Shown one piece after another: positions 1 through 9,469 of a stretch of 52,203 nucleotides of DNA. The stretch comes from Kiritimatiellia bacterium (lineage in GTDB: Bacteria > Verrucomicrobiota > Kiritimatiellia > UBA8416 > JAIOPI01): contig JBLHHU010000001.1 of the NCBI GenBank assembly GCA_047615735.1, forward strand, positions 1 to 52,203. Reading direction: 5' to 3'. The stretch's first letter is position 1. Each line of letters opens with the position of its first letter. The translations under genes were made by a program, and so were the position numbers. Below the pieces are notes generated by a model. The model was not told the origin of the DNA. It did no database searches and saw only the letters and a program-made list of their open reading frames with translations.

Positions 1-134
1 CTGCTATTCCGCTTGGAGTCCGGTGGGCCCCGCCGGCAGCAGTGCTTGAGCCTTTGCGTCCTTCGCGACCTTCTGTAAATGGGTTTAGATTTTGACGCTG
101 GAAGAGCTTAAGTTAGCGGCATTCGGGACAGACC
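1..134. repeat. Right half of a palindromic interspersed element (copy A, cut by the window edge); direct repeat of 13400-13534
   Basis: Hand alignment gives 121/134 identical to 13400-13534, with the first 61 nt identical. Contains the 30-mer CCTTTGCGTCCTTCGCGACCTTCTGTAAAT (51-80), also present at 13450-13479 and 16300-16329, and GGGACAGACC at 125-134. Confidence 0.85.
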
Positions 135-342
135 ATCAGAGCAAGAGGCGGGCAATGAATGACGGTGCCCGTCGGTAAGGTTTCACCGCACGATTACAAC
201 GACATCAAACGGATCTGTTCCAAAGAGAGCCCCGTATTGCGCACGGGATGTCTTCTGGGGGTGAAATGGCCGGTTTAAGCGTTGATAATAATAAATCTCG
301 GACTTAACTCATTGGGGAAGAACGATTTAAATAGGTTCGACT

Positions 343-394
343 CCGAAAGGTAAGCCCGAAAGGTAAGCCCGAAAGGTAAGCCCGAAAGGTAAGC
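343..394. repeat. Four perfect tandem copies of the 13-bp unit CCGAAAGGTAAGC
   Basis: Units read directly at 343-355, 356-368, 369-381 and 382-394. Intergenic, about 160 bp upstream of the ATG at 556. The unit length is not a multiple of 3. Confidence 0.95.
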
Positions 395-555
395 GTTTAG
401 AATACGAAAAATTTGCACTTAACCAATTAACGTAGAACGACTTACATGGTTTCGACCCCGAAGGGTACTTTTGGTGTTTTTTCGGTTCGATCATTGACTT
501 ACTGAAATAAGAGCCCCATGGTCGGTTTTTCCGAGCTCGGACCAACGAGGACATT

Positions 556-3500
556 ATGAAAATGACATCCAAGCAGTTTGTTTTTTGGCTAATTATGTAC
601 ACGTTGACTATGGGGGGTGGGGCGGTTATGTCTGCCTTTGCCGTTGCGCCCCCGCTCACCGAAGCGTTCTTTGCGGAAACCCTTCCTAGTGGGGCCCACT
701 GGGTCACTACCTCGTCACCTGAGGGGCGAATCGACATCGCTTACGATGATACTGATTCTACAACCCAGCTCGTTCCGCTCTCTATGCCTTCGCCTTCGAG
801 TCAGACAACTGCGGATCTCCACCGGGGGAATTATTACGCGTGCACTACCTCCGGCTCTTTGGTTTCGCAAGGAATTCATCTGGATCGGACCAATGCGGTG
901 AACGTCACTTTTTTCATGTATGAAAGTTCAACAGAAAATGGAACTTATACACTCTTGTCCTCCATCGCGGTAGTTGCGAGTATCGGGACTGGAATCGTAC
1001 AGTCGGCAGCGCTGAACATTCCAATGGTCAGCGGTAAATATTATTTACTCGGGGCTGCATGGGATGCCTCCGCCACCTATTATTACAAAGGGAACTTCCA
1101 CCCCCAGACGATGCCATTGGGTGACACGGTCGGGGGATACACGCTCAGTAGCGCGGCCGCGCCCGCGGCATCACTCGTTGGAAGTCCTTCTACGACGGCG
1201 TATCAACAGGAGGTCACGGTCTCGACCAATCGCGTGGTTCGAATGGACGATACAACCGCTGGGTCATTGACCTCGACCAATCAAATGGACCTGCTTCTGA
1301 ATCTCGAGGATTATACCGATGTGTCGCTAGAATTTCGTCATCGCCAATTAGGAGATGAAGTGCATGCGGGCGACGGCATTTTCTTGAGCGATGACGCCAC
1401 CACGTTCACGCGGGTGTACGATCTGGACTCGGCATCACCGGCCTGGCGGGACATCACGCTGGACCTCGACGCACTGGCCTCGAGCAATGGGCTCGCATTA
1501 ACGTCACAGAGTATCATTCGCTTCCAGCAGGTCGACGATGACGGCTGGCCGTCGGACGGACGGGAGTTCGACGACATTCTCGTTTATTCCGAGCCGGATC
1601 TGTTGTCGGACTCTGTGACATCAGGAGGTTCCTCTTCGATTAAAAAAACCTGGCGCGGATTTTCTTCTGCCAAAACGATTGCATTGAAGCATGACGTCAC
1701 CACCCGCACCGGAATCAGTGCGTTTTCCGAACCCTCGCTGGGATTCGGCTATCGGCTGAAGGATTCAGGCGGAATCGTTCGGCATTCGCAACTCAGCAGT
1801 ACCGCCTGGAACGTGGATGCCATGACGGTTCAAGCCGATACGCGCTTTCCGACGATGGCCATCCCTGGGGCCACCACGTTGCGCGGCCTTAACTATACCC
1901 TTCATGCAACGATCGACCCACAGACAAATGTAACCGAAGCACTGGAAAACAACAACGAAGCCATCATGGACGTGATGGTCAACCACTATTCGGGGTCGCT
2001 CTGGTTCGACAACATTGAGACCCCGATCCTCATCACCGATTGGGGTGTCCGTGTAGCCAATTCGCCCGTCGAGCACTGGATCACTGGAACCGGTTCGCTC
2101 GATGGCGAGGCCTTTGTCTTTGCCAATCTGAAGGTGGAGAAGACCCTGACCTCCCTCGACTACAGCCTTGCTGCAACTGATGCGACGATCATCAATGTAC
2201 CCATTTCGAGGCGCGACGTAGTTAACCGTGTCCATTTTTGGTATAATGGGGGGATTAATCTAAAACATCAGGGAGCCTATGCCGACATCAAGGTCTTGCT
2301 GCCTGCAGGGCTGGGGATTAGTACCACCTCGGCTACAGTGTTGGACCCGACGTATGTGTTCAGCAACCAGAAGCTTTCGCCGACGTTATATCCCTCTAAC
2401 ACGGTTACGAATGTGGGGACGTTTAATGTCGCGGAAGAAACTAAACCGCTACTCTACGACGTGGCAGACATAACATGGGATCCCACTGCGGGAACGTTCT
2501 CATTCGCTAAAACGGATGTAGTATTCGTGCGTGAACAAGAACTGGCGCATATGGAAGCCGAGGCCGCCAACTTCACGAACACGGTGGTGCAGGTGAAAAA
2601 ATCCAACGCGGCGTACTACCGAGGCGTGAGCTCTCTGGAAACGGATCCGCTCGTTGAGGTCGGCTTGAATGGCCAGGCCTTGTTAAGTACGCAGGTCAAG
2701 ATCGACTCAACCGAGATGACCGCTCATTTTCCCTACGGTGTGAGACAAGCGTGGAGCAACGGTTCGGTCTTCGTTATCTCTCAGGACCTGGTGAATAGCG
2801 CCTTGAGCCAGATGGACAGTCCCGCGGATATCGATGTTTTGTATGCCAGCGATTGTAACGAGGTGCTGGACTGTGCCGGAACCGTTGGCCCTATCAATAT
2901 CCCGACTCAGCCGAGCGGACATACCATCGCCAGCATGGATGGCGGGCTACGCACGCAGGTGAGCATCCCTGTCGGAGATGGCGATCTACAGTGGGGCACA
3001 CGTTGGGACAACTCGCCAACCCACACAACCGATGCGTTCGGTACCGGTGCGTTCTATATGCCCGGACACTTTATTCGCGGCGACCTTTCGTCATTCGATG
3101 TCACCGAAAATCGCGGCCCTTCCGAGATTCTGCTGAGCGGGATGCCCTCGAATCTAGCGCCGGCCATGGAGCGTCCGGGCTTAGCCAGCTACGCGGATGG
3201 CCTGGCGGACTATGCCGGGCTCAACTTGCGCGTGGGCTCCGATGGCGCATTGAACGGCGATTCCGTGCTTGGCGGATCCTCGCCGGGCGGGTGGCCACTC
3301 ACAGGGCGCTCGAAATACTACACCCGTCATTCCGGCGTGAGCGGCATCCATGAGGCGGTCTTTGGCCAATTCCCAACGCCCATAACCGTTTATGGCTATA
3401 ATTTCGATGTGTCTAATTTTGGTTTGTCTTACTTGTCCGGAACCCCTGAGGAGTCGCGCTTTAATGCTTCGGTGGATCTTCCGCAACCATCCGATATCAC

Positions 3501-6285
3501 GCTGGCTTTCGAAGAGCTGATGCTCGATTGCCTGGGCGAAATCGGAGACGCCGAACTGGCAAACAATGATTCTAAGAATCTGGCGTATTGGGATGCGGAT
3601 ATTCAGCCGCTGACCCTCTTTTTTGCCTCAACCGCCAGTAGCACTTGTACCAATTCTAATCGCAAGCTCTGCATGGGCTTGACGACGCACTGCGCGAATG
3701 TGGACCAAACGCTATCCGGAATTCTGGCCTTTCTCCCGGATGGCGATCTCGGCTCACCGGCCGATCAGATCGACGGTGTGCCTTCCCGGTTGGCCGTGCC
3801 CAACCGAATCGAACTGGCCGGTCCCGCGGACGAGACCTACTATTTCAATCCTGTTGCCATGCCGTATTACAACGACTATTCGCTCAGTGGCGATGCGCTG
3901 ACCGACCGCGGATGGATTAACTTCGCGGGCAACCTCGATGTCGCCTTTTTCAGCGACCTGCAAGTACAGTTTCACACCAGCGCCAGTACGAACAGCGCCA
4001 TTGCCAATATTTATATGATGGGCGGTTGGGAAAGTGCCGCGCAAACGTTTTTCAATAGTGATCCCGACGACTTTGATACCGAGAATGCAGGCTTCCCATC
4101 CGCGTCCCTAGCAAGCTATGGCGACTACCGTTCCCCGAGCAGCGACACCTATCGAACCCATGCTCTCCGAACGTGGCTGGGCGTGGTGGATTTCGACTAC
4201 CCCCTGGAATGGTCCTCTGCCTCCAAATCGTTCAAGTCTCCGGAGGAAGTGCATGTCGACCTGATGGTGATGAATGTCGAGCACCAGACCGATTACCTCA
4301 GCGCGGAGAATGCCGAAATCTCCTTCGGCGTGCAGTACGATGGACTACCGCAGGTCAACCTTGCCAACATGGCGTTTAATGCAATTGATGAAGCCACAGG
4401 CATGGCTTCCGCGTTTGGCGATGCTGTCGGCGATGCGGTCCGTGACACCATTGATTCCGGTGTCTCAGCCTTGGATGATACCCTCGCCGATGTGCCGGAA
4501 ATGCTGTTTGATCCGTTGTTTGAGAAAGTACTCGATCCTGTGATTGATGATTTCTACGAGATGCTGAACAACGCTTATATCGCAACGCCGGGTTCCAACT
4601 ATTACAGCACTGTGGTGACCCAATATATTCACGGGATAATCGGAGACCCCTACGGAAACGTGGATCACATCCTCAAGAACCTCGCCAACGGAACGGGTAT
4701 GGCCTCGGATATCGCCGATGAAATCGATGGTAATCTGGAACAGGTTGAAGCCCTTTTGAATGCCTTTGTCGGTATTGTTTCAGAAACAAACGGCGTCGCG
4801 CTTCCTGCTGCGCTTCCCGGTCTGCTCAATGTAGATGGTGGCGATTACGATGTTCTTGTGGATCTAGGGGTTGGCCTGCTCTCCGTGCTGGCGGACACGC
4901 TCTACGATTCTCTTAGCAGCACGATTGAAGCGGAACTCAACGGCGTTCTTTCTGAAGCGGCTCCGAGTTTAGAGGCGATTAGCGATATCATGCAGGAACT
5001 GCTTGTGGTTGTGGGTGATGTGCGAACCAGTCTGGCGGCGGCGGGATCCATGCTCGAGGAACTGGATGATATTCTTAATACCACGGCGTTGAACGACCCC
5101 CTTGGAGAACTCTCCCGCGAAATCGACCAATGGTTCGCCGCGCTGCCGACGGATGGCGCGACGTTTGATGAATATACGGCAGATGAGATCAAGCAGATGC
5201 TCCGGCAGAAAATCACAGATACCTTTTATGCCTCGGTTCCTTGTGCCGAGGTGCAGCAGGTGGTGCGCTCGCAGCTCTACGAAGTGGATGCCGCCATTCA
5301 GGAAACCATCGATAGCGCCTTCCAGCAGTTGAACAAAGCGCTGCGCGATATCGCTAGCGAATACTTGAACGGGATCGATGATTCGATAAACGATATGCTG
5401 GGCGATTTATCGAATATTATGGGTGCCGGACAGATCGACGGTTATGCGCATATTCGCCACGACACCCTCACGGAGCTACGCCTGGATGGCAAGTTCCAAT
5501 GGGAAGTTCCGGACGCGATGGAATTCAATGCCTATCTCATCATTAAGCAACTCGACTCTGATGCCGCCGGCGGTTGCGGCGTGGTGGGCGAAGTGTTGCC
5601 GGAAGTTACCGTTGGGACCGAAGGCTTCGGTATCTCCTGGCTGGAATCCAGCATCAAGGCCGACATCGCGGCCAAGTTCGCCTTCATGGTCGACGCCCAT
5701 GGCACGGTCGAACTGATCGGTCTGGCAGGATCGTTCGAATTGGTTGAAGGCGAAATTGGCTTTGACTCCTTTGGGATCACTGAATTCTATGCCGCGGTCG
5801 CACTGGGCCAACTGGAAAACTATCTTTCCGCGAACCTGCGCTGTTCCTTCACCAGCTATGAGGTCGAAGGAGGTGCCTTCTTCGGTAAAGCGTGCTCTCT
5901 CGATCCTTTCTCTTGGGATCCGGATGTACAGAGCGTCTTAGGCGACCCGCCTTTCACCGGGGTCTATGTCTATGGGGAAGGGTGGATGCCGATCGTCGAC
6001 TTCGGCTGCCTCTTCCAGGTGAAGGCTGGCGTGGGTGCGGGCATTTTTGCCTTCGTTGATGGACCGGTTGGCGGGAAAATCTTCCTTGGCGTGGAGGGTG
6101 AAGCGCTTTGTGTGGTCGGGGTTGCTGGCGAGGTTACTTTGGTGGGCCTGAAAGATGGAGATGATATGCGCATGACCGGCAAAGGGCGAATTTCCGGCCG
6201 TGTAGGCGCATGCCCATTTTGCGTCAAGTTTGGCAAAACGGTGACTCTCACCTATGACAATGGAAACTGGGACGCCGATTATTAA
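556..6285 (+). CDS. Giant secreted protein 1 (1909 aa), function unknown
   Basis: Uninterrupted 5.7-kb ORF with GAGG 5 nt upstream of the ATG. Signal-like N-terminus (FVFWLIMYTLTMGGGAVMSAFA). Long acidic helical stretch and a Gly/Val/Cys-rich C-terminus. No catalytic motif recognised. Confidence 0.85.
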   Translation: MKMTSKQFVFWLIMYTLTMGGGAVMSAFAVAPPLTEAFFAETLPSGAHWVTTSSPEGRIDIAYDDTDSTTQLVPLSMPSPSSQTTADLHRGNYYACTTSGSLVSQGIHLDRTNAVNVTFFMYESSTENGTYTLLSSIAVVASIGTGIVQSAALNIPMVSGKYYLLGAAWDASATYYYKGNFHPQTMPLGDTVGGYTLSSAAAPAASLVGSPSTTAYQQEVTVSTNRVVRMDDTTAGSLTSTNQMDLLLNLEDYTDVSLEFRHRQLGDEVHAGDGIFLSDDATTFTRVYDLDSASPAWRDITLDLDALASSNGLALTSQSIIRFQQVDDDGWPSDGREFDDILVYSEPDLLSDSVTSGGSSSIKKTWRGFSSAKTIALKHDVTTRTGISAFSEPSLGFGYRLKDSGGIVRHSQLSSTAWNVDAMTVQADTRFPTMAIPGATTLRGLNYTLHATIDPQTNVTEALENNNEAIMDVMVNHYSGSLWFDNIETPILITDWGVRVANSPVEHWITGTGSLDGEAFVFANLKVEKTLTSLDYSLAATDATIINVPISRRDVVNRVHFWYNGGINLKHQGAYADIKVLLPAGLGISTTSATVLDPTYVFSNQKLSPTLYPSNTVTNVGTFNVAEETKPLLYDVADITWDPTAGTFSFAKTDVVFVREQELAHMEAEAANFTNTVVQVKKSNAAYYRGVSSLETDPLVEVGLNGQALLSTQVKIDSTEMTAHFPYGVRQAWSNGSVFVISQDLVNSALSQMDSPADIDVLYASDCNEVLDCAGTVGPINIPTQPSGHTIASMDGGLRTQVSIPVGDGDLQWGTRWDNSPTHTTDAFGTGAFYMPGHFIRGDLSSFDVTENRGPSEILLSGMPSNLAPAMERPGLASYADGLADYAGLNLRVGSDGALNGDSVLGGSSPGGWPLTGRSKYYTRHSGVSGIHEAVFGQFPTPITVYGYNFDVSNFGLSYLSGTPEESRFNASVDLPQPSDITLAFEELMLDCLGEIGDAELANNDSKNLAYWDADIQPLTLFFASTASSTCTNSNRKLCMGLTTHCANVDQTLSGILAFLPDGDLGSPADQIDGVPSRLAVPNRIELAGPADETYYFNPVAMPYYNDYSLSGDALTDRGWINFAGNLDVAFFSDLQVQFHTSASTNSAIANIYMMGGWESAAQTFFNSDPDDFDTENAGFPSASLASYGDYRSPSSDTYRTHALRTWLGVVDFDYPLEWSSASKSFKSPEEVHVDLMVMNVEHQTDYLSAENAEISFGVQYDGLPQVNLANMAFNAIDEATGMASAFGDAVGDAVRDTIDSGVSALDDTLADVPEMLFDPLFEKVLDPVIDDFYEMLNNAYIATPGSNYYSTVVTQYIHGIIGDPYGNVDHILKNLANGTGMASDIADEIDGNLEQVEALLNAFVGIVSETNGVALPAALPGLLNVDGGDYDVLVDLGVGLLSVLADTLYDSLSSTIEAELNGVLSEAAPSLEAISDIMQELLVVVGDVRTSLAAAGSMLEELDDILNTTALNDPLGELSREIDQWFAALPTDGATFDEYTADEIKQMLRQKITDTFYASVPCAEVQQVVRSQLYEVDAAIQETIDSAFQQLNKALRDIASEYLNGIDDSINDMLGDLSNIMGAGQIDGYAHIRHDTLTELRLDGKFQWEVPDAMEFNAYLIIKQLDSDAAGGCGVVGEVLPEVTVGTEGFGISWLESSIKADIAAKFAFMVDAHGTVELIGLAGSFELVEGEIGFDSFGITEFYAAVALGQLENYLSANLRCSFTSYEVEGGAFFGKACSLDPFSWDPDVQSVLGDPPFTGVYVYGEGWMPIVDFGCLFQVKAGVGAGIFAFVDGPVGGKIFLGVEGEALCVVGVAGEVTLVGLKDGDDMRMTGKGRISGRVGACPFCVKFGKTVTLTYDNGNWDADY

Positions 6286-6304
6286 GATTCAACGAGAGAG
6301 AACT

Positions 6305-9300
6305 ATGATGAATTTGAATCCGAAGTGGATCATTGTCTGCGCGGCACTGGCTCTGGTGCAACCGTTGGCAGAGGCGCAGGACCAGGGCATAGGCGACATG
6401 ATGTTCACCGCCGGAACGGTGGCAACCGGTGCCGTGGGGGATGAATGGGGGTGGGTTCAGTGGATGGCCACGGATAGCTCGCTGCTCAAGGATCGTGCCA
6501 TGGATCTCTACATGAAGGATGGTCACATGCCTTCCACAAACCTATTTTCACTGAAGGGCGTGGCTCGTCAGGTCACCGATCCGCGAACGATCAGCCTGTT
6601 ATTGAGCCGCGGTGAAGCCCTCGGCGATGATTTGAGTATGTTGGAAATGTCGGTGGACTCGCTTTATGCCGGGGCGGAGCCCGTTGGTTCACTTTCGTTG
6701 GCAGAAAAGCTGGCCGCTCTAATCAGCGGTTCGCAGGACGATCCCGAGCTTTATCGGAATCTGGTATTGATGGGCCGTTCCCATTCGTCCGTCGCCATGA
6801 CGATTGGCCATGGTTTTTTCGCCCGAATTCCTTCGAGCGGATTTTCCACATTCGAAATTCGCGACCACGATACGAATGAAGTGATTGGCCGAGTGGTGTT
6901 GGAGGGTGGTGTGCCGATAGTACTCCCTGCTCCGGGCCCGATTGTGCTTGTCCCCGAAACAAGTCCCAAGGGAAATCTGAATATTCGCCTGCGCTGGGAT
7001 ATTCCCGACACGCTCAAGCGTGCTTCACTGCTTCAGTTCGGCTACAACCTCTATCGTATGGATCAGGACTTTGCTGGCGGTTTGGGCTTCGACACCACGC
7101 CGCCGACCGCCACCGAAATAGGGGGCTTGGTCTCCAATAATACGGAGGTAGTTCAGGTCAATCGCATGCCGATTTTGGTTGATGAAAATGCCCCCTGGTT
7201 TGCCGTGGATGATAACGAAGGGCTTTCCGGCGGAACGCCCTTTGAGGATGGAACGAACTACTACTATTTTGTCTCCGCGCTTGATCTGCTCGGGCGCGAC
7301 GGGGATCTTTCGGACGGATTCCAAACCTTCCCGTGCGACCGTTTCGCACCATCGGTTCCCTATGATGTGCGCACGCGCACCATTTCCGGTTATTCGAGCG
7401 GAACCAATACGCAATGGGTCGAGGTTTCGTGGGCGCATAATACCAATGACGCCGATACGGCGGGCTATTATGTCTACCGCCATACCAGCATGGCTGATAT
7501 GCAGAGCAACGCGGTCTCGGACGTCGCCAACCGCATCGCGGGTCCGATCAGTGTAACCAATGCCGTCCGAATGTATTATGAAGACCATTCGTTGACCTCC
7601 AATGACTGGAGTCGAACCTATTGGTATACCGTCCGCGCAGAAGATGACGCCAGTTGCGGCAGTAACCTTTCAGGCAATAGCGCCCCGGCCTATGGGCTCC
7701 TTAGAGACTGGGAAGGGCCACCTCTGGCCACCGGGGTCGTGGTGACCATTCAGGGCGAGATCCCCGAGACGACGTACCATTCAACCATTCCGCTGGGATC
7801 GCCAGATCCAGAGAATATCCGAATCATTTGCCAGCTAAAAAATCCAGGCCTTCCGATCGCCTGGGCACAGTTTGGTTGGCACGGCGGTGTCTATGGCGGC
7901 GCTGGGTCCGAAACGAATATCTATACATCCAGCAAGTTCTATTTTTCAGAGGGCATCGACAAGGTGGGAAAAGACGCTCTTATAAACACCCCGCCGGGTC
8001 AGAATGAAAGCTGGTTCACTTTCTACTGCCGCGTCGGTAGTTACGGTGGAGCGGTTAGCGAGTGGGCGCATTTTTCTGATGTTCCATCGGATAGCGTCAA
8101 ACGAAAATATACGTTTGAGGGCGATATTCGATTGGATGCAATTCTGATTCCAGGCGGGGCAACGGGGACGCTAGCGGGGCCCCATATCTGGGGCCCGGGA
8201 CCCACCAACATCAACCCGGTTTTGACCATTCCTGCAGTTGTTGGCGCCGAGACCGTGCGCGTCTACCGACGGGTGGATAATGGGCCTCGTACCTTAATTC
8301 ACCAAGGGGAGATGGATGAAATCCTGGGCGCCGTCATTACGGATTATACGGGCGGTTCAGTGAATGGCGGAAGCATTTGCTACTACTACCAGTTGTTCGA
8401 CGTACATGGAAATGCGGGGCCGATGGTGAATATTGGTTGTATCGCGATTGCTCCGCGAGTTGACCTGCCCACCCCCTTCCTTGAATCCATCGATTCAACT
8501 GGCACGGCGGTCTTATCGCCGGGCTTGGGTTTAGAATGGTTCTGTACCACGCCGGGTGTCGAACGTTTCGAAGTGGCTGTTGCATTGGATGAAAATGGAC
8601 CACCATCCACCTTTGGAACGCCGGGGTACGCGCTCGATGGGCTGGCCAATGATCTCGACGTGGTCGTTGAAGGGGTCACCAATACCTTGGACTTTGGTTT
8701 TTATCGTACCGGTCGTGTGGGCACGACGTTTGGCGTGGCAGGTTCGCCGCTGTTCTCGCTCAATAGCCTCGTTAGCTTGAATCGAAACTACACCGTCATG
8801 GTCCGCGCCATTGGTGTAGCCGGGACGCTGGGCCCATGGAGCAATGTTGAATCGTTCCGGTGGAATACCGTTCCGACCCTCGGGCCAGAAGTGCCGTGGC
8901 CAGCTCGGCCGATGCCGACCATTCAGTCTACCAAATTCCATGCCGATATGGAGGCGGTCTTCATTGATGGAAGCTATGTCTATAGCAATGGAATCGATCA
9001 TGTAGGAATCCGCATTGGCGAAATTCCTTCGAATAATAATGATGTGAATGAAATTGATCGCTTCGAACTTGAGCTTTATTACGTTGGCAATCCCATGGAC
9101 TACCTCTATGGCAACGCGGTGATGACCAACCAAACCGTTTTCCCCTGCGTACTTTATCGCTACCAATTGACGAACGACTTGTATCAGGCGGTGAGCGGTG
9201 ATGTAGCGCAGGTGTCGCCGTTGATGGAGGATATCGCCTACGCCGTCAATGGTGTCGTTGCCACCGTGTATGATCCATTCATTGGGATTAACAAAAAAGA

Positions 9301-9448
9301 GAACGAGGATCCGTCGTGGGGGATCTACCTGATTGATACGCAACCCGTGGTGCGTGGTGCACGCTATCAATATTTGCTAATGCGCTTTGATCAACAGACC
9401 AAGGAGCTGGATCGTGTTATTTCAGCTGGAACGGTCACAATTCCATAA
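6305..9448 (+). CDS. Giant secreted protein 2 (1047 aa) with FN3/Ig-like repeats, function unknown
   Basis: The ORF track opens at 6254, but the ATG at 6305 precedes a typical signal peptide (MMNLNPKWIIVCAALALVQPLAEAQ) and lies 19 nt after the upstream stop. FN3-like signatures are WVEVSW..YYVYR..YWYTVRAED and NYTVMVRAIG..GPWSN. Confidence 0.85.
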   Translation: MMNLNPKWIIVCAALALVQPLAEAQDQGIGDMMFTAGTVATGAVGDEWGWVQWMATDSSLLKDRAMDLYMKDGHMPSTNLFSLKGVARQVTDPRTISLLLSRGEALGDDLSMLEMSVDSLYAGAEPVGSLSLAEKLAALISGSQDDPELYRNLVLMGRSHSSVAMTIGHGFFARIPSSGFSTFEIRDHDTNEVIGRVVLEGGVPIVLPAPGPIVLVPETSPKGNLNIRLRWDIPDTLKRASLLQFGYNLYRMDQDFAGGLGFDTTPPTATEIGGLVSNNTEVVQVNRMPILVDENAPWFAVDDNEGLSGGTPFEDGTNYYYFVSALDLLGRDGDLSDGFQTFPCDRFAPSVPYDVRTRTISGYSSGTNTQWVEVSWAHNTNDADTAGYYVYRHTSMADMQSNAVSDVANRIAGPISVTNAVRMYYEDHSLTSNDWSRTYWYTVRAEDDASCGSNLSGNSAPAYGLLRDWEGPPLATGVVVTIQGEIPETTYHSTIPLGSPDPENIRIICQLKNPGLPIAWAQFGWHGGVYGGAGSETNIYTSSKFYFSEGIDKVGKDALINTPPGQNESWFTFYCRVGSYGGAVSEWAHFSDVPSDSVKRKYTFEGDIRLDAILIPGGATGTLAGPHIWGPGPTNINPVLTIPAVVGAETVRVYRRVDNGPRTLIHQGEMDEILGAVITDYTGGSVNGGSICYYYQLFDVHGNAGPMVNIGCIAIAPRVDLPTPFLESIDSTGTAVLSPGLGLEWFCTTPGVERFEVAVALDENGPPSTFGTPGYALDGLANDLDVVVEGVTNTLDFGFYRTGRVGTTFGVAGSPLFSLNSLVSLNRNYTVMVRAIGVAGTLGPWSNVESFRWNTVPTLGPEVPWPARPMPTIQSTKFHADMEAVFIDGSYVYSNGIDHVGIRIGEIPSNNNDVNEIDRFELELYYVGNPMDYLYGNAVMTNQTVFPCVLYRYQLTNDLYQAVSGDVAQVSPLMEDIAYAVNGVVATVYDPFIGINKKENEDPSWGIYLIDTQPVVRGARYQYLLMRFDQQTKELDRVISAGTVTIP

Positions 9449-9469
9449 TTTAAGAGTGGAGATCCTGTG

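Noticed and set aside
343-394. Tandem 13-mers considered as a CRISPR array.
   Set aside because: The units are contiguous with no spacers and are far shorter than CRISPR repeats. No cas genes are in the window.
334-490. Three GGTT(T)CGA motifs (334-340, 448-455, 484-490) resembling tRNA T-arm/T-loop sequences. Considered as a tRNA or tmRNA fragment or an integrase att site.
   Set aside because: No acceptor, D or anticodon stems can be drawn around any of them, and no integrase gene is nearby. They are better explained as parts of the degenerate 55-bp duplication.
327-737. 136-aa minus-strand ORF spanning the upstream region and the start of giant gene 1.
   Set aside because: It runs antisense across the start of a far better supported gene. 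Its 3' half (327-555, downstream of that gene's start), which encodes its C-terminus, crosses the 13-bp tandem repeat and yields the periodic peptide FGLTFRAYLSGLPFG. No ribosome-binding site was seen.
7025-9370. Long antisense ORFs inside giant gene 2 (7025-7588, 187 aa; 8531-9370, 279 aa).
   Set aside because: They are shadow ORFs on the opposite strand of a continuous 3.1-kb gene, with low-complexity Arg/Gly/His-rich translations and no start context.
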